A DNA stretch of 64,000 bases from Piromyces finnis finn (GCA_002104945.1 MCFH01000010.1:434001-498000), one strand, 5' to 3'. Shown: positions 45,358-60,040, counted from the stretch's first letter. Made by a program: numbers and translations. Notes: generated by a model from the letters alone, not told the origin.

Positions 45358-48300
45358 ATGAATACTTTGTTTGATACTCAAAAATTAATTGAAAGTTATA
45401 CCAGTAAGTTAACAAAATAAAATATAATAATTATTAAATACAAATTATTGTAGTTATTGTTTTATTTACTTATTATTCATTATTTTTATTATTACTATTA
45501 TTATTATTATTTAATTTTCAATGAATATCATCATGAAATTTATTTTTTATATATAATTAGAAATTTTATTTAAAAAATGGGAAAAAACAAAGAAACTTCG
45601 AACTTCTTTTTATGTTAATTCCAATGACGAATTTATAAGGAAAGAAGGAAACGATAATTTTATCAGACAAGCCTTCAATTCACAATACAATACGAATAAA
45701 ACATCAAATGAACAAAAATTATTTTATATTGATGTAATATACCAATTTTACTTCGCTAAACTAAACTATCAATACACCTACCAACAAATACACTTGAAAG
45801 CATCATCTCAACCTACACCTAACCAAAACATTTCTAACACTCTAGAAACAACACCAAAACAAAAATTAAATAATTTCACTGATAAATATCCTTCATTAGA
45901 CACTATTTCCTTCAACCAAAAAAAAGAAATAGCCTTACCACACCAACTCTTACAAGATAAATTAACATTGATAAAACAGTATCTTCAGGATATACAAGAA
46001 CTCGATGATTTATGTCTCCAATGTAAATATATTTTATCTTGATTTTAAATATAGTTTCAAATTAAATTTTAAAAAAAAAAAAATGCATTTCAAATGCAAA
46101 TTACATATATAAAATAAAAAAATAATCGAAAAAAAAAATATATATATATATATTGCAATTAATATTATATTACAATATTAACTTTTTTTTTATTCTTCTT
46201 TTTAAAAAAAAAATGATAATTATATATAAAAGTACTAGAAAAAAGTAAACTTATAAGAAGTTGGCTTTACACTTTAAAAGATTTTCAATTAAAACTTTTG
46301 TTTTATATATGGAAAAGAACCAATAATAATAATAATAAAAGTGATAATAAAAATAATTCCTTAACTTCTTCAGAGATTAACTTGATAAATGAAATTCATT
46401 TACTTTTAACAAATATATCCAATGGTAACATAATTATTATAAATATGTTATTTTAAGTATTCCATTTAGCGATAAAATTTTTTTAATATTTTATATTTCT
46501 TTTTCTGTATTTATTCTCTTGCACATTATATCTATTTTATATATATGCTATAATATTTTCATTATTTTATCAATAATAATAATAATATGTAGAACTGCCA
46601 TGCTTGATTGATGATAGCCAACAAGAAAAAATAATTTTAAAAATCAATGAATATACTCAATATCTACAAAATAATAATAAAATACTATCGTTTAATCCTC
46701 ATCTTTATTATATACTTAAAAATAGCACTATCTATAGAGATAGGGTTAATATTATCAATAATAATGAAAAGGAAAATAATATTGATACACTATCCTTAAC
46801 ATCCTCTAAAGAATATTACCTAAAATATTATCAACAACACTATCATTATAATAATTCATCTATTAAAAGAAAAGGAGAAGAATCAACATCAACAATAATT
46901 ACTAATATTTCACGTAATAGTAGTGTAAGAAATTATACACAGGAAGAAGATTCATGGGCAGATATTACTCCAAAATCAGGATTTTCAATGATAAAATCAC
47001 CTCAATTATCAGAAGTATATAAGCCAACTATTCGTCATTCATCAAGTTTGGAAAGTTTCCCATCTTCTCAGGAAGAAGAAATTTCCATAGAAAATGATAA
47101 TATAGAATCATTCTATGCTAATTCAGATTTAGTCTTTTCAACGGAATCTATTAATTCTAATTCAAAACAAGAAAAAGGTAGTTTGCCTATCAATAAATTA
47201 AAATTATTAGATAGTTGTAATGGAAGTATTAATACCTATAGTCACACAAATAATACAATACATAATATTCTACCTATATCATCATCACTTTCATCAATTA
47301 TCACTACTGTAACTCCTAATAAATCTTTATTAATTCCTCTGGATAATAATTATAATCCTCTACCAGAGTATCACACTAAAAATCATCTTACGGTATATTC
47401 ATCAATGACTTTTTTTAATAATTTAATATACATATATAATTATATTATGATAATTAGAGTTTTCCTTGATTAAATAATTGATATATATAGAATATTTATT
47501 AATAAAATAGCAATAATAAAGAAATAAAAATATTATTGTTAATAATACTAACACACTTTTAAATTTTATTTTTAAATAAATATATCCTACCATCGACTAT
47601 AACTATTTATTATTATCAAATATGAACTATAGTTGTCACCAACCCAAAAAGGTTTAGCTACTAATACAAATACATTAACTTCTCTCTCAAACATTAATTC
47701 TGAATTATACCATGATAATTCATACTCTGAACAAGTAAATCAATCAAAATTAGATTTACAAAAATTTATTAAAGATAGTCCCATGGCTTCTTCACGCTAC
47801 GATAATAATAATAACATTAATAAATATAATTCTTTATCAAGATTGTCAAAAGCAAATCTTGATATTAATATACCAACATCACCGTCATTATCTACCTTTA
47901 AAATTAAAAGTCCCACAACACCAAAAACCCCTAAAACACCTCAAAATAATTATGACCCTCCAGATATATCTAATAGTTCTATTGATCAAGAACCAGGATC
48001 GCCTTATTCTTCTTTCTCCCCTCCATTTAAACCGTCCAAACCCCATCTTTTATATAAAAATTCTTCATTTATTCAATCTGATCCAACATTAGCAACTTCT
48101 TCTTCTTCTACTACTACACCATCAACAATATCTCATACAAATAAATTGATAGACCTCTTCCAAGTAACCAAACCTAAAAAGGTTGGTTTAAATATACTTA
48201 GTCAACATATTGAATATGTTGTTATTGCTCAAAAATTTGGAGTAAGAATTTAGTTTTTTTTTTAAAAAAAAAAAAAAAAATGCTTTTTATTATTGATTTT

Positions 48301-49124
48301 CAACTATTTTAATATATATTTTTACTTATATTACCTAATTAATATAATTTATTTTATTTTTCCCATTAAAATTTAAAAAAAAAAAAGGAAAAAGATGTTG
48401 TTGGGTATAAACGTTACTCGGATTTTGTAAAATTACGAGATCATTTATATGCTTTATGTCAAAAACGATCAAAAACTAAGAAAAAATCAATTTCCAGCAC
48501 TAATTATAAACGTACTTCTTTTAATAGTTTTTTAAAAAAAGAAAAAAATTTTGATGATGATCGATTTATTGCTTATAATGAAGTTAATCTTTCTAACGAA
48601 GGTAACTTTTCTAAAGGAATACGTAAAAGTAATACAAGCTTAGAAATTAATAAATTAATAAAAACTTTTGGAGGATCTAGTCATAATCATAATAATCATC
48701 AAGGAAATAATAATCGTAGTTTTAGTCGTGAAAGAAGTGGTAGTATTAAAGATACATTTGATCTAGAGTTTAGTTTAACGCGTCAACAACAACAACAACA
48801 AAATAATGAAGAGGATGAAATGGCAATCATTAATAAAGTATTACCCCCATTTCCACAAAAAAAAATTGTTGGTGAGTTAAAAATAGAAATAAATATATCA
48901 TAATTTATATTATTTAGTAATACTAATTATTAATGATGATATGATGATGATGATGATAATTAAATTATATATATAAATATATAATAGGAAAGTTTAATAT
49001 GAAATTTATTGAAAAACGTCGAGAAAGTTTACAAACTTTTTTAAATGATATATTAAAAGAACCTTCTCTTGATTTTCTTATTATCACCATTAAACAATGG
49101 ATTACAAATGAGATAATACTTTAA
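45358..49124 (+). CDS. Large Ser-rich protein with C-terminal PX domain; exons 45358-45403, 45561-46022, 46233-46424, 46593-47392, 47633-48241, 48388-48871, 48988-49124 (909 aa)
   Basis: PX motifs EYVVIAQK..GYKRYSDFVKLRDHL, LPPFPQKKIVGKFNMKFIEKRRESLQTFLNDIL. The chain closes in frame (2730 nt). The N-terminal part is not recognised. Confidence 0.82.
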
Positions 49125-49151
49125 AAGTGTTAAAAGAAGAGGATATATATA

Positions 49152-49182
<31 letters not shown>

Positions 49183-49739
49183 CTTTCTTTCTTTCTTTCT
49201 TTCTTTTTATACACGTACGTCATAATTATTATAATTATAATTATTAAAAAAAACTATATATAAAATATTCAATAAAATTATAATTATATTCTAATTAGAT
49301 TGTATAACATAAAAATATAAAAATAATATATAGATATAGTTTTTAATGAAAACGATAATTTTGAAGTTCTTCAATATATCAAACAAAAACATTCATAAAT
49401 AAATAAAACTATCAATATATATATATATATCATTATCATCCCCATCATATTGTATATATTATATATTTGAAACCAATGACTTATTATCAAATAATTAATA
49501 GAATTTATATTTAGAAATCATTTATAATAATTTATTATATTATGAATTTGTTAAAAAAGGGAATATTACACTATCAATATTTATTTGTGCTATATAAAAG
49601 TAAAAAATATTTATATAGTGTTTATTTATCCATTGACATTATAATATTGTTTTTTCATTATTTTTGTTTTTGCTTTTGCTTTTGTTTTTGTTTTTGTTTT
49701 TAATATTATAGTATTAACTAATGTAATTTATTATTTTAT

Positions 49740-51438
49740 CTAAAGTGAATGGTATGGATCAACATCTTCTTTACTAACATAAACTTCATAGGAACATGAT
49801 TTCTTTTCAATTTCCTTTAAAAGTTTTGGCTTTAAAACACTTTCTAAATAACCACGTTCACTATTAGTATGTTCACATAAAATAACACTCTTATTATTAG
49901 AAAGAGCAAATAAAACATCATGATGAGACATTTCACCAGTTAAATAAACATCAGCATCCTTTACAGGTAATAAAACAGAAGAGCCTTAATATACATTTAT
50001 TATAAATAATTTGAAAATTAACAGTTAACAATTAATAAATACATAAATGTTGCCTATCTCTATATGATTAAATATAAATTTACTATTAAATTTTATATAT
50101 ACCTGAACCAACACAAATGGCTACCTTTGAAACGGATTCACCATTTTGATGACCTTTAGCAATAGCGTAACGGATATAATCTAAATGTAAAAATTCTTTA
50201 ACTTGTTTTGTAAGTTCTAAAAATGATATTTTATTTTCTAAAATGGCCATTCTACCAGTACCAGCAGTTTCTTGACCGGCTGGTGGATTATCAGCTGGGG
50301 TGATGGTTTCAAGTTTATGGTTTCCTAAACTTTGAGCAAGCCAGTCATTAACTTTTATTAAAAATAATAATAATAATAATGATAATAATTTAAAAATTCA
50401 AAAAAAAGTAAAAATTAATAAATAATATAAAATATTATAAAACAAAAAAAAAAAAAAAAAATATCAATAATTGAAATATCTATTTATTTTTTTTCTTTCT
50501 TTTTGAGACTGTCATCATTTCTACATACCACCATCAGCACAGTTATCTAAGGAAGTATGTGGTGAATAAATAGAAATACTATATACAATTCATTTTATTA
50601 TCATTATATTGTTGTTGTTGTTGTTGTTGTTGTATATATATATATATAACATTAAAAAAAATAGTAAAATTTAATATATTATTTAAATCTACATTTTTTT
50701 TTTTTTTTTGTAATTACTAATTACCCTTTAGCAGCACAAAGTAAAACATCCTTTTGCTTTTCGTTTTCAAGAGTTAAACGTTTTAAACTTCTGAAAATTG
50801 GTGGATGGTATGAAATAATAACACCAATCTTTATTAAAAAAAAATAATACATTTTTTAAAAGAAATTAATTTTTAAGAAGAGATTCAAAGAAATATGGTA
50901 TATAGGTTATTCATTTATATCATAAATGCGTATATTATAAAGCGTCAGACGATATCAACGTTTAAAAAAAAATAATTTATATATATAATAGAAATTGAAA
51001 TTGAAATTAGAAATCCTTATTTTAATTATTATATTTCAAATTATTAATTGTTATGAAGTTATGCTATATTAATTAATATGAAATATATGTTAAATATAAT
51101 TAAAAGGTTAATTACGTTTGGGTTATTAATAGCTTCTTGAACAACATCTAAAGTTAAATCAATAGTTAATAAAATACCATTAGCATTTTCTCGAGGAATT
51201 GGAGCTTCAAGTAATAAGCCTACCTAAAAATATAGTAATAACAAATTTTTTATGAATTTTAATTAAAAAATGTTTTAACATTATTATTATTATTGTTGTT
51301 GTTGTTGTTGGTAATTAACAAATTAGCTAAAGTCTTTTTTAAATATATATATATATATATATATAAATTTTTATTCATTTATGAAACTATTAAAATTCTT
51401 TTTTAATTATTAATTTTTTAGGAAAATGTTATAAAAAT

Positions 51439-51470
<32 letters not shown>

Positions 51471-51571
51471 CATGTTATATATATTACATTGTCCCATGAA
51501 TTATCTGCAAGACTTAATGGAGCTATGTTATTCATAGCTTCTAAAACAAATGATAATAATGGATTAGCCAT
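49740..51571 (-). CDS. NIF3: NIF3 (GTP cyclohydrolase 1 type 2-like) family protein; exons 51571-51488, 51223-51116, 50828-50725, 50578-50529, 50351-50103, 49984-49740 (279 aa)
   Basis: APLSLADNSWDNVGLLLE, LLTIDLT, YHPPIF, YSPHTSLD, GTGR, VAICVGSGSS, TGEMSHHDVL, HTNSERGYL. The chain closes at 840 nt. Confidence 0.95.
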
Positions 51572-52140
51572 ATTGTTATTAAATATTATTTAAGATATTA
51601 TTAAATAATTTAATTTTTTAGAAAATAATAAAATATTTTTATACACATATTATTTTTAATTTAATATATTATGAAAAATATAAAAAAAAAAATTTATTAA
51701 TCAAAAGAATAAAAAGAGTGAGTAAAACTTTATTAAAAACTAATAATAAAAATGTAGTTCCAAATATATACATTCTGTAAGCGCTTTAATAATCTACATT
51801 AAAATCAAATAAAAATAAAAATTATAAGCACATAATGAATCAATTATATGATACTAACAAAGTATTTGAAATTATAGTTCATTTTTTCATTTCACATATT
51901 TATTTAAATGTTATAATGATTGTTACTTTGATTTACAATATATATAATGGTATAATTAGAGTAATAAAATAATTACATCACTAGATAATTAGAAATATAA
52001 TATACAAATGATTATAAAAATTTTATATATTCTATTTTATATATAATAATATTGAATTATGATAACCAAAACTATACGTTTTATATGATACATAAAAATA
52101 TCTATCGAATATATTTATTTTTGATAGCTTATTTACTTTT

Positions 52141-54137
52141 CTAACATAATGGAGGAACATCTGGATCATCAATGAAATCTTCACTTGGCTCTATATCTGT
52201 AGGTAACATTTCTTTTAATTGAATACCATTGGCTGCATAACTAGTAGTATCTTTTTTGAGATGATTAAATCTATTCTTTTTAGAATTTTCATAAATGTTA
52301 GCAAGATCGATTTTTTCATTCTTTTCTGGTTCCAAATCTAAAAACTTTGCATATCGACGTCCTAATTTGGATTTTTTTTTATTTTCTATTTCTTCTTTTC
52401 TTTTTTCCTCTTCTTTCTTTTCATGCATTCTCTTTAATTCATATAGTTTTCTTTTTTCATCATGAATATCAACAGGCTTTTCATATTCTGTTTCAGTATT
52501 TTCTTCTGTTAAATTTTTATCCAAGTAAAATTCACCATCCTGTGATTTATTCACTTTAACCATAGTTATCATAAGAGTACCACTACATTTACTACGTTCA
52601 CATGTAACATTTTTATCATCACAATAAACTTCATCTTCTAAAGTTAAAATTAAGTCTTTTCCCTTAATGGTAACACGAATCCATGTAGGATGAACATCTA
52701 CATCAATTAACGATGTTTCCAAATACTTTGTAATAAAGACTTCTAAAATTAATAATTTATCAGTGTTGGTAAATTGGAAAGGGTATTTACCTTCATTTCT
52801 TTGTAAAATTTTAGTTCCATCTGGTGAATATAATGGTTTCTGTTTTTTAACCTTCTTTTTTTCCTTTTTAGGATTCTGAGCTTCTTTAAGAGCTGCCATT
52901 TCTCTCGCAGCTTCAAGACGTGATTTAGGGGTATATTTAGTTGCTTTATTTAACCTTTCTTGGCGTTCCTCTATTGTAAGATTAGTAATATCAACATCTT
53001 CTTCATCATCATCATCATCATCATATGATGAAACTATTTCTGGCATATCACTTATTATTTCTTCAATATCTTGTTTAGCAATAATTCTTTCTGATTTTAA
53101 TATTTCTTTTCCATCAAGAACCTTTTTATATGTAAATACAATCATAAAATGTTTATTCATGGAGATAATACATAAAATTAAATAATATTAGCATACTCTT
53201 AATATAGTCTATAAATTTTCTTTTTCATTCTATAACTATATATATAGTTCATATTCATACTTTTAATTGTGGTAGTGTATTAATAACATATTCTCTATAA
53301 CCTTCAATTCTTGTACATGGATTACCAACTAAGTATCTTTTATTATATAGATAATATTAAAAGAAAAATTAATTCACATTTTCTATTTTCAAAAATTCAT
53401 TATAATATAACAATTATTTTATATTTTTATATATAAATTATGTATATGAGATAAAATTTTAAAATATTACAATTCTTTTAAATGGATATTATTTTTTAAA
53501 GACTGTACGCATGTAACATCTTCAATAAAATTAACTGTAAAATCTAGTTTTTCTAATGATTCACATCCTTCCAAATTCTCAATTTTTGTAATATTATTTA
53601 AAGCCAAATTTAAATATTTTAAACATTTAAGTTTGTGTAAGTTTTCTATTGATTACAATATATAAAATATAAAATATTATTAAACACATATTATTAAAAT
53701 ATATTTATATGTATTGTTAAAAAATATAACAACTATATTAGTTATATTTCATAAAACTCTTTTATTAACGATGTATAAACTGTCTTTTAAATATTTTATA
53801 CTAATAATACTAACCAATTTTTGATATTTGATTATTTTGAAGTAATAGAATTTCTAAATCACGACAATATACATCCAAATTTTCGATTTTTTCTATATCA
53901 TATTGATGTAGTGCAATTTCTTTTAAGGTTGACAATTCCTTATCATTATGTTCAGACCGTTTTAATAACAGTTCTTTGTCAACTAATTAGTGAAATAAAT
54001 AATGAATTTTTTAACATAAAAATGTGTTATATATAAATATTAGTATAATTCAAAGTATTATAAGTTTAAATTAATGTGTTCTTTTTTTTTTTTTAAGTAA
54101 TATTTTTTTTTTTTTTATTCATACTTCTTTGGACCAT
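52141..54137 (-). CDS. DNAAF11: Axonemal dynein assembly factor LRRC6/DNAAF11; exons 54137-54125, 53982-53815, 53645-53471, 53336-53261, 53121-52141 (470 aa)
   Basis: [27 protein letters not shown]...[17 protein letters not shown] cap LVGNPC...[27 protein letters not shown] domain [25 protein letters not shown]-terminal DVPPL. The chain closes at 1413 nt. Confidence 0.93.
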
Positions 54138-55496
54138 TTCACTTTTCTGCAATAAAAAAAAATGTATAGATTTAAAAGCTATATATTAAAGTATATTTAT
54201 ATTTTATATACTTTTAATTTAAATTTAAAATTAATATATTACTATTGCTGCGAAATTAAAATAAATCTTTAAAAAAAAAAGCGGAATTTAAAATAAAATA
54301 ATATTAAATATTTAATTATTAAGAATTTCAATTTTATCTGTAACATATAATTTTCTCTTAGTTTCTTAGTATTATTATAACACAAAACTTTTTCTATATT
54401 ATATATTTCACACTAATAGAGTCTTTTTTTTTTGTTTCCTTTTTTTTTTATTAAATTATTTTTTATTATTATTTGCTTTCAACTACTTTATCATTTTTTT
54501 AAATATGAAAATTAAAAAAAAATTTAAAGTAATTTTATAATTTTTTTTAAAAAATAAAAAATCATGTATTGATAATAAATTATATAAATAATTTTTTTTT
54601 AACTAATAAATTACTTTATATTTATATTAGTTATTTTTTTGGTCAAAAATGATAATAGGTTTTATCTTTAATAGTTATTTGGGTAAAGAAAAATGATTAT
54701 ATATATACATTAATTATTTCAAAAATTTATATGTCTTGAAAAAATAATTATTACCTTGATTTTTCTTTTAATAAAATAATGCCTTCTTTTTTAAATATTC
54801 TAAAATTTTACTACCTTTTTTTTATTTTTAAATAATTTTTATTATTGTTTTGTTTGTTGTTTTTTTATTTATTATTTTTTTTTTCTTAGTTATTTGCTTT
54901 TTTAAATTTTTGACTTTATTTTTTTATATAAAAGTCTATGTTTATTTTTATAAATTATAACTATATAATAATAACACTATTTCTTTTTTATAATAAAAAA
55001 ATAACGTTTTTATATATTATATTAATTTCTTTTTAATTTTCTTTTTGTTTTGTTTTGGTTTTTTTTTTTAAAGGTTTTTTTTTTTTCTTGATTTATATTT
55101 TTTATGTATGCATTAGTTTTTTATATTCTTATATTTTTGTATTTTAAGAAGGTAGATTTTTAATATTTAAATATACTTTTGATAGGTCTTTTTTAAAAAT
55201 AAAAAAAGTAATAATTATTAAAATTATTGAAAAACTATTTTTCTTTTTAAATAACCATTAAAAGAAAAAATATTAAATAGATAAAAAAAAACTAAATATA
55301 TTAAAAATATAGAAAATATATATTTCTAATAATTTATTAAAAAAATCTTTTTTTATAGATATTATAAAAAGAGATTTTAATTTTAAGGTTTTTTATAAAT
55401 TAAATTACTCACTGAAAGAAAAATGTATGTTACTATATATGAAAATAATTTATGAAATTTAAATAATGTGGGGTGAAAGTTAATATATTAACTTAT

Positions 55497-56627
55497 TTAA
55501 TGTTTGTTAGAAGTTGGAATTCTGAATGAAGAGTAGTTAGAGTGATTCTTCTTGAATGGAATAGAAGTATCTTCAGTTAATTCCTTATCAGTTAACTTCT
55601 TAACCTTTGTAGCAGAAGCTAATTTTTGAGAAGCAGTGAATTCGTTTTCATTCCAGTCACAGTGGTAGTTAGCAAAGTCTGGAATTTGGTAACTGTTGCC
55701 ACCACTAGAAACCTTCTTTTCTGGTACTGAGTAGTTAACAGTAGATGGGTAGTTAGAACGAACATTCCAACCAGATACTGGACCAGCTTCAGTAGAAATA
55801 GATAATACCTTAGCAACATTGTATTTATCAAAGATATCCCACCACTTTTGAACAAGAGTAGTAGTTTGGTATGGGAATTCACTCTTTGGAACAATCTTAC
55901 CATCAGAGAAACGATCCCACTTCCATGGCTTCATTTCACCAATAAAGTGAACAATAGCAATATTTTGTTCGAATTGTTGGAAAGCTGGAAGGTAAGAGTA
56001 GACTGAAGATGGAGTAACATTGTAAACAAATGGTAAACGGTTAGTCTTGAAGGAACCTTCAGAAGATTGAGCCCAGTTAGAGAAGAATTGGTTTAATAAA
56101 CCTTGGTCAGCACCATCAAAACTACCTTCAGTCATAGCCATAGCCATAAGACCATCATAGATAGCTCTGTTTGGCTTAGTAACGAAAACACCAGAATTGA
56201 AAATATCTGGCCAACCACAATCTGGAGCAGCAGCAAAATCAACATCACCATCAACGAAACTGAAAAGTTCATCGACGTTACGAGTAACAAGAACATCAGA
56301 ATCGAAGAAGATGAAACGGCTGTACTTAATAACATCTGGGTTCCAGACGTGAATCTTTGTGAAAGTGATATCTAATTCATTACGACCTAAGAGATCAAGG
56401 TTCTTCTTATCATTAGAGCGAATAGTGTCAACGAAAACAACTTCATTGAAAACACTACGTAAATGATTTACAGAATTTGGTGAAACATTATCATTAGTAA
56501 CAACAGCAACTAATGGATAATTAGTACCATAAGCTCTTAAAGAGTTAGCAAGAACAAGAGCACCTGGTACATATGAATCAGAAGTTAAAAGAGTAACGTA
56601 ACAGTAATTTTCTGGAGAAGATGGCAT
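55497..56627 (-). CDS. GYG1: Glycogenin (GT8), intronless, 376 aa
   Basis: YVTLLTSDSYVPGALVLANSL, FTKIHVW, DSD (DxD), GWPDIFNSGVFV, GSFDGADQGLLNQFF, YNV...YSYLPAF (acceptor Tyr), VHFIGEMKPW. Confidence 0.95.
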   Translation of the reverse strand: MPSSPENYCYVTLLTSDSYVPGALVLANSLRAYGTNYPLVAVVTNDNVSPNSVNHLRSVFNEVVFVDTIRSNDKKNLDLLGRNELDITFTKIHVWNPDVIKYSRFIFFDSDVLVTRNVDELFSFVDGDVDFAAAPDCGWPDIFNSGVFVTKPNRAIYDGLMAMAMTEGSFDGADQGLLNQFFSNWAQSSEGSFKTNRLPFVYNVTPSSVYSYLPAFQQFEQNIAIVHFIGEMKPWKWDRFSDGKIVPKSEFPYQTTTLVQKWWDIFDKYNVAKVLSISTEAGPVSGWNVRSNYPSTVNYSVPEKKVSSGGNSYQIPDFANYHCDWNENEFTASQKLASATKVKKLTDKELTEDTSIPFKKNHSNYSSFRIPTSNKH

Positions 56628-58924
56628 TTTTTTTTATCTATTCAGCAAATTATAATTTAATATAAAATAATAATAATATTATTAATTAAATTGCTATTTA
56701 TTTATTAATTGATTGATTGATTTTTATACTATTGTTATTTTATCAAAAAAAAAAAAAAAAAACTAATTGTTCGCCAACAATAACACTTTTATATTTTAAA
56801 GTTGTTATTTTTCATTTCAATAATTTCATTTATTTTTTTCAAAAAATCTTATGAGATATTATTTTATTAATTCTTATTTATATCATAATAAATATAATTT
56901 AATAAATAAATATTAACCTTTTATATATATGTGTTTATATAAATTTATTAATTATTCTTTATAAAGATTTTTTTTTTTTTTTAAAATAGTCACTTTTTTT
57001 TAAAATTAAAAATAATAATATAAGTTTTTTATTATTATTATTTATTAATTTTATTATTTTTAAATTTAATTTTGTTGTTTTTAAAACAGTTAAGCCTTAT
57101 TTTAACTTAATGTTTATTTTTTTAGTATTTTATTGCAATTATTTATTTAGAAAATTGTAAAAAAAAAAAATAAAAATAAAGAAAATTGTATCCTTTTATA
57201 ATAATTCATTAGGCATCACCTTTTTCTTCATCTTTTATTTCTTTTTTCAAATTTATTTAAAACTTTAATTGTTAAATAATATAATATATATAGAATATAA
57301 ATTTTATGTATATTCCATTAAATTTAAAAAATAATTAATTAATATTAAATAAATTAAATTAAATATATTATTAATTATGGCATTTTTTTAAGATTTTAAA
57401 TTAATTAAAATATCTAAAAAAAAAAAAGTATATTATATTATATTATATACACTATTAAGATGTTTTTTTTTTTTTTTAGTATTATTATTTATTGAAAAGG
57501 TAATTTTATTTAATTATTCCTATAGTTAAATTCATTAAAATTAACTTTAATAATAATATTTAAAGATAATAATTCATTTTATATTCAATAATATATTTAG
57601 AATATATTGTTAGCATAAAGAATTTTCAATATATATTATATAGATTATTACAATATATGATTTTTATAGAATAACTATAAAAATAATATATAGCAATACT
57701 TATTTTTTTGCTTAATCATTTTCAAAACATAATATTATTATTAAGTCTAAAAAGTAATTAATTCAAATAATATATTATAAATTATATATAGATATATAAA
57801 TATTAAACATAGTTGTTTGGTTTAATCATTTTATTTAAAAATTTTAATTTCATTTTATTTCCATATTTATATAATAATATGGAAGTAAAAAAAAATGAAA
57901 TGAATTTATTTAAAAGTATTAATTAATATTTATTATTTTTACATAAAAGTCAATAAAACAAATTATTAAAATTAAGTTATATTTTTAAAATAAATACTCT
58001 TTTTCCTTTCTTTGAAAAACAGTTAGTAATCAATTAAATAAACTAAGATATTTAATTATTAATATAACCAATATAGAAATGCAATTATAACTTTAAATAA
58101 TTAATTTCATATTAATATAATTTACCCAAGCAAAAGGTAAGATGCTTTTTCATTATTATTTTCAATTTAAATAAAATAAAATATATACATTAATTAAAAG
58201 CATTAAATAAAAAATTTAATATAATCAATAATGAACTGATAATTAATTAATAATAGTGCTTCAAGATAAAATTGAATATTTTTAACTACAAGCTTTAATG
58301 AGTAAATGTTAATTTATATTTATTTATAATTAATATCTGCTTAAAAAAATGATTTCTATAATACACACTCAAATTTTATAAATAAAAAAAAGTTATATTA
58401 ATTTAATATCATAAAAAGAAAGACAAAGACAATTTTTAAGAAATATTGGTTCATTATAAATAATATATAAAAACAATACATTAAAAAAAACTAAATTTTC
58501 AATTAGATTCAATTAGAACCTAGTATAAATTGTTAATCATATTTTTTTTTTTCTTTGATCTGACATTAAATATTTTCCTTATCGATTATAAAATTAATAA
58601 AAAATTAAAGTTTTTAAAATTTAATTTATTTTAATATTTAAAAATAACTTGAAATAACTTAAAAATAATAATAAAAATAAAAAATATATATATTTTATTA
58701 TAATGTATCACAAATTTTTAAGTTTATTCAATAAGAATTTTCAAATATTCAATATTAACCTTTAAAATTCTAAATAATGAATAAAAATATATATCAGTTC
58801 TATTTTCATTATTATTATCATAATTATTATTAATTATATGAAATTGTTTTTCTTTTAAAAAAAAATATTAAATCAGTATTTTTTTTAGTTGCTATCTTTT
58901 TTATATACATAATCATTTATTTTT

Positions 58925-58925
<1 letters not shown>

Positions 58926-58962
<37 letters not shown>
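58926..58962. repeat. Poly(A) tract of 37 nt
   Basis: Seen directly; no flanking retro-copy recognisable. Confidence 0.9.
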
Positions 58963-58966
<4 letters not shown>

Positions 58967-59966
58967 ACTATGAAATAATTTAATTTTTTTTTTACTGATT
59001 TAAAATTGACATTTTATACTAAAATTTCACTTTTTACTATGTATGTTAAATGGAATTTTTATTTTCTAGTTTAATTGTAATATATTGTTGGTATAAATTT
59101 AAAGAAATAATGTCAATAATTAATTAATTAAAATAATAAAATAAATTACCTTTACAATTAAATTAAATATTGGAAAAAGAAAAAAATATATATATTTTAA
59201 TTATATTAAACAAATATATTAATTTTTAAAAAGAAAAAAAGAAAAAAAAGAAAAATTAAAATATAATTTAAAAAAAAAATAGTATTGAAATGATAAATTA
59301 AAGAAAAAAAATAAAATAGGCTATTAAAAGAAAATAAGCATGTTATAGTAATATTGTAAAATATAACATTGTTCTTATCTAATTTTGTAAGCTAATAATT
59401 TCTCAATTAATACTCAAGTTATTAATTAATAAAAATAAAAGTTAATTGTTTTAAAAATCGGCAATAAAATATAAATTATATTAATGATACATCCATGAAA
59501 TTATATTTATAATAAATAAAAATGTAATAGTTTTTAATTGATTTATTTTTTCATAAAAAAAAAGGGCATTAAGTAAAATAATTTTTTTTAAACTTTTGAT
59601 ATAATAAATATTATTTATTAGTTAAAGTAGCGAAAAAAATTCACCTTAAGATTTGCAACATTCTTTTTATTCACGAATATTTCTTCTTATAGTATTAATA
59701 TTCTTTATATATATATTAATAATTATATGAATATTCGATTTTAAACTATTTAAATAAATTATTAATGTTATTTCTATTACAAATATAAAATAATTTATAT
59801 ATATAACAACCATTGTTCATAAATATTCTTGATAATAAATTAATTTAAGAACCGTATTTTATTTTTATTTTATCTTGTTTATATATTTATTAAATAATAT
59901 TTCTATATCTACTAAATTGATTAAAATATTTAATCAATAATTATATTAATAATATTAAACCATTAT

Positions 59967-59967
59967 A

Positions 59968-60040
<73 letters not shown>
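59967..60040. repeat. (ATT)n microsatellite
   Basis: Seen directly. Confidence 0.92.

Noticed and set aside
55497-55700. Glycogenin lacks the animal-type C-terminal glycogen-synthase-binding motif
   Set aside because: Fungal glycogenin tails are variable, so absence cannot be judged unusual without an alignment
58926-58962. Poly(A) tract as the tail of a retro-insertion
   Set aside because: No target-site duplication or upstream element body; long A/T runs are ubiquitous here
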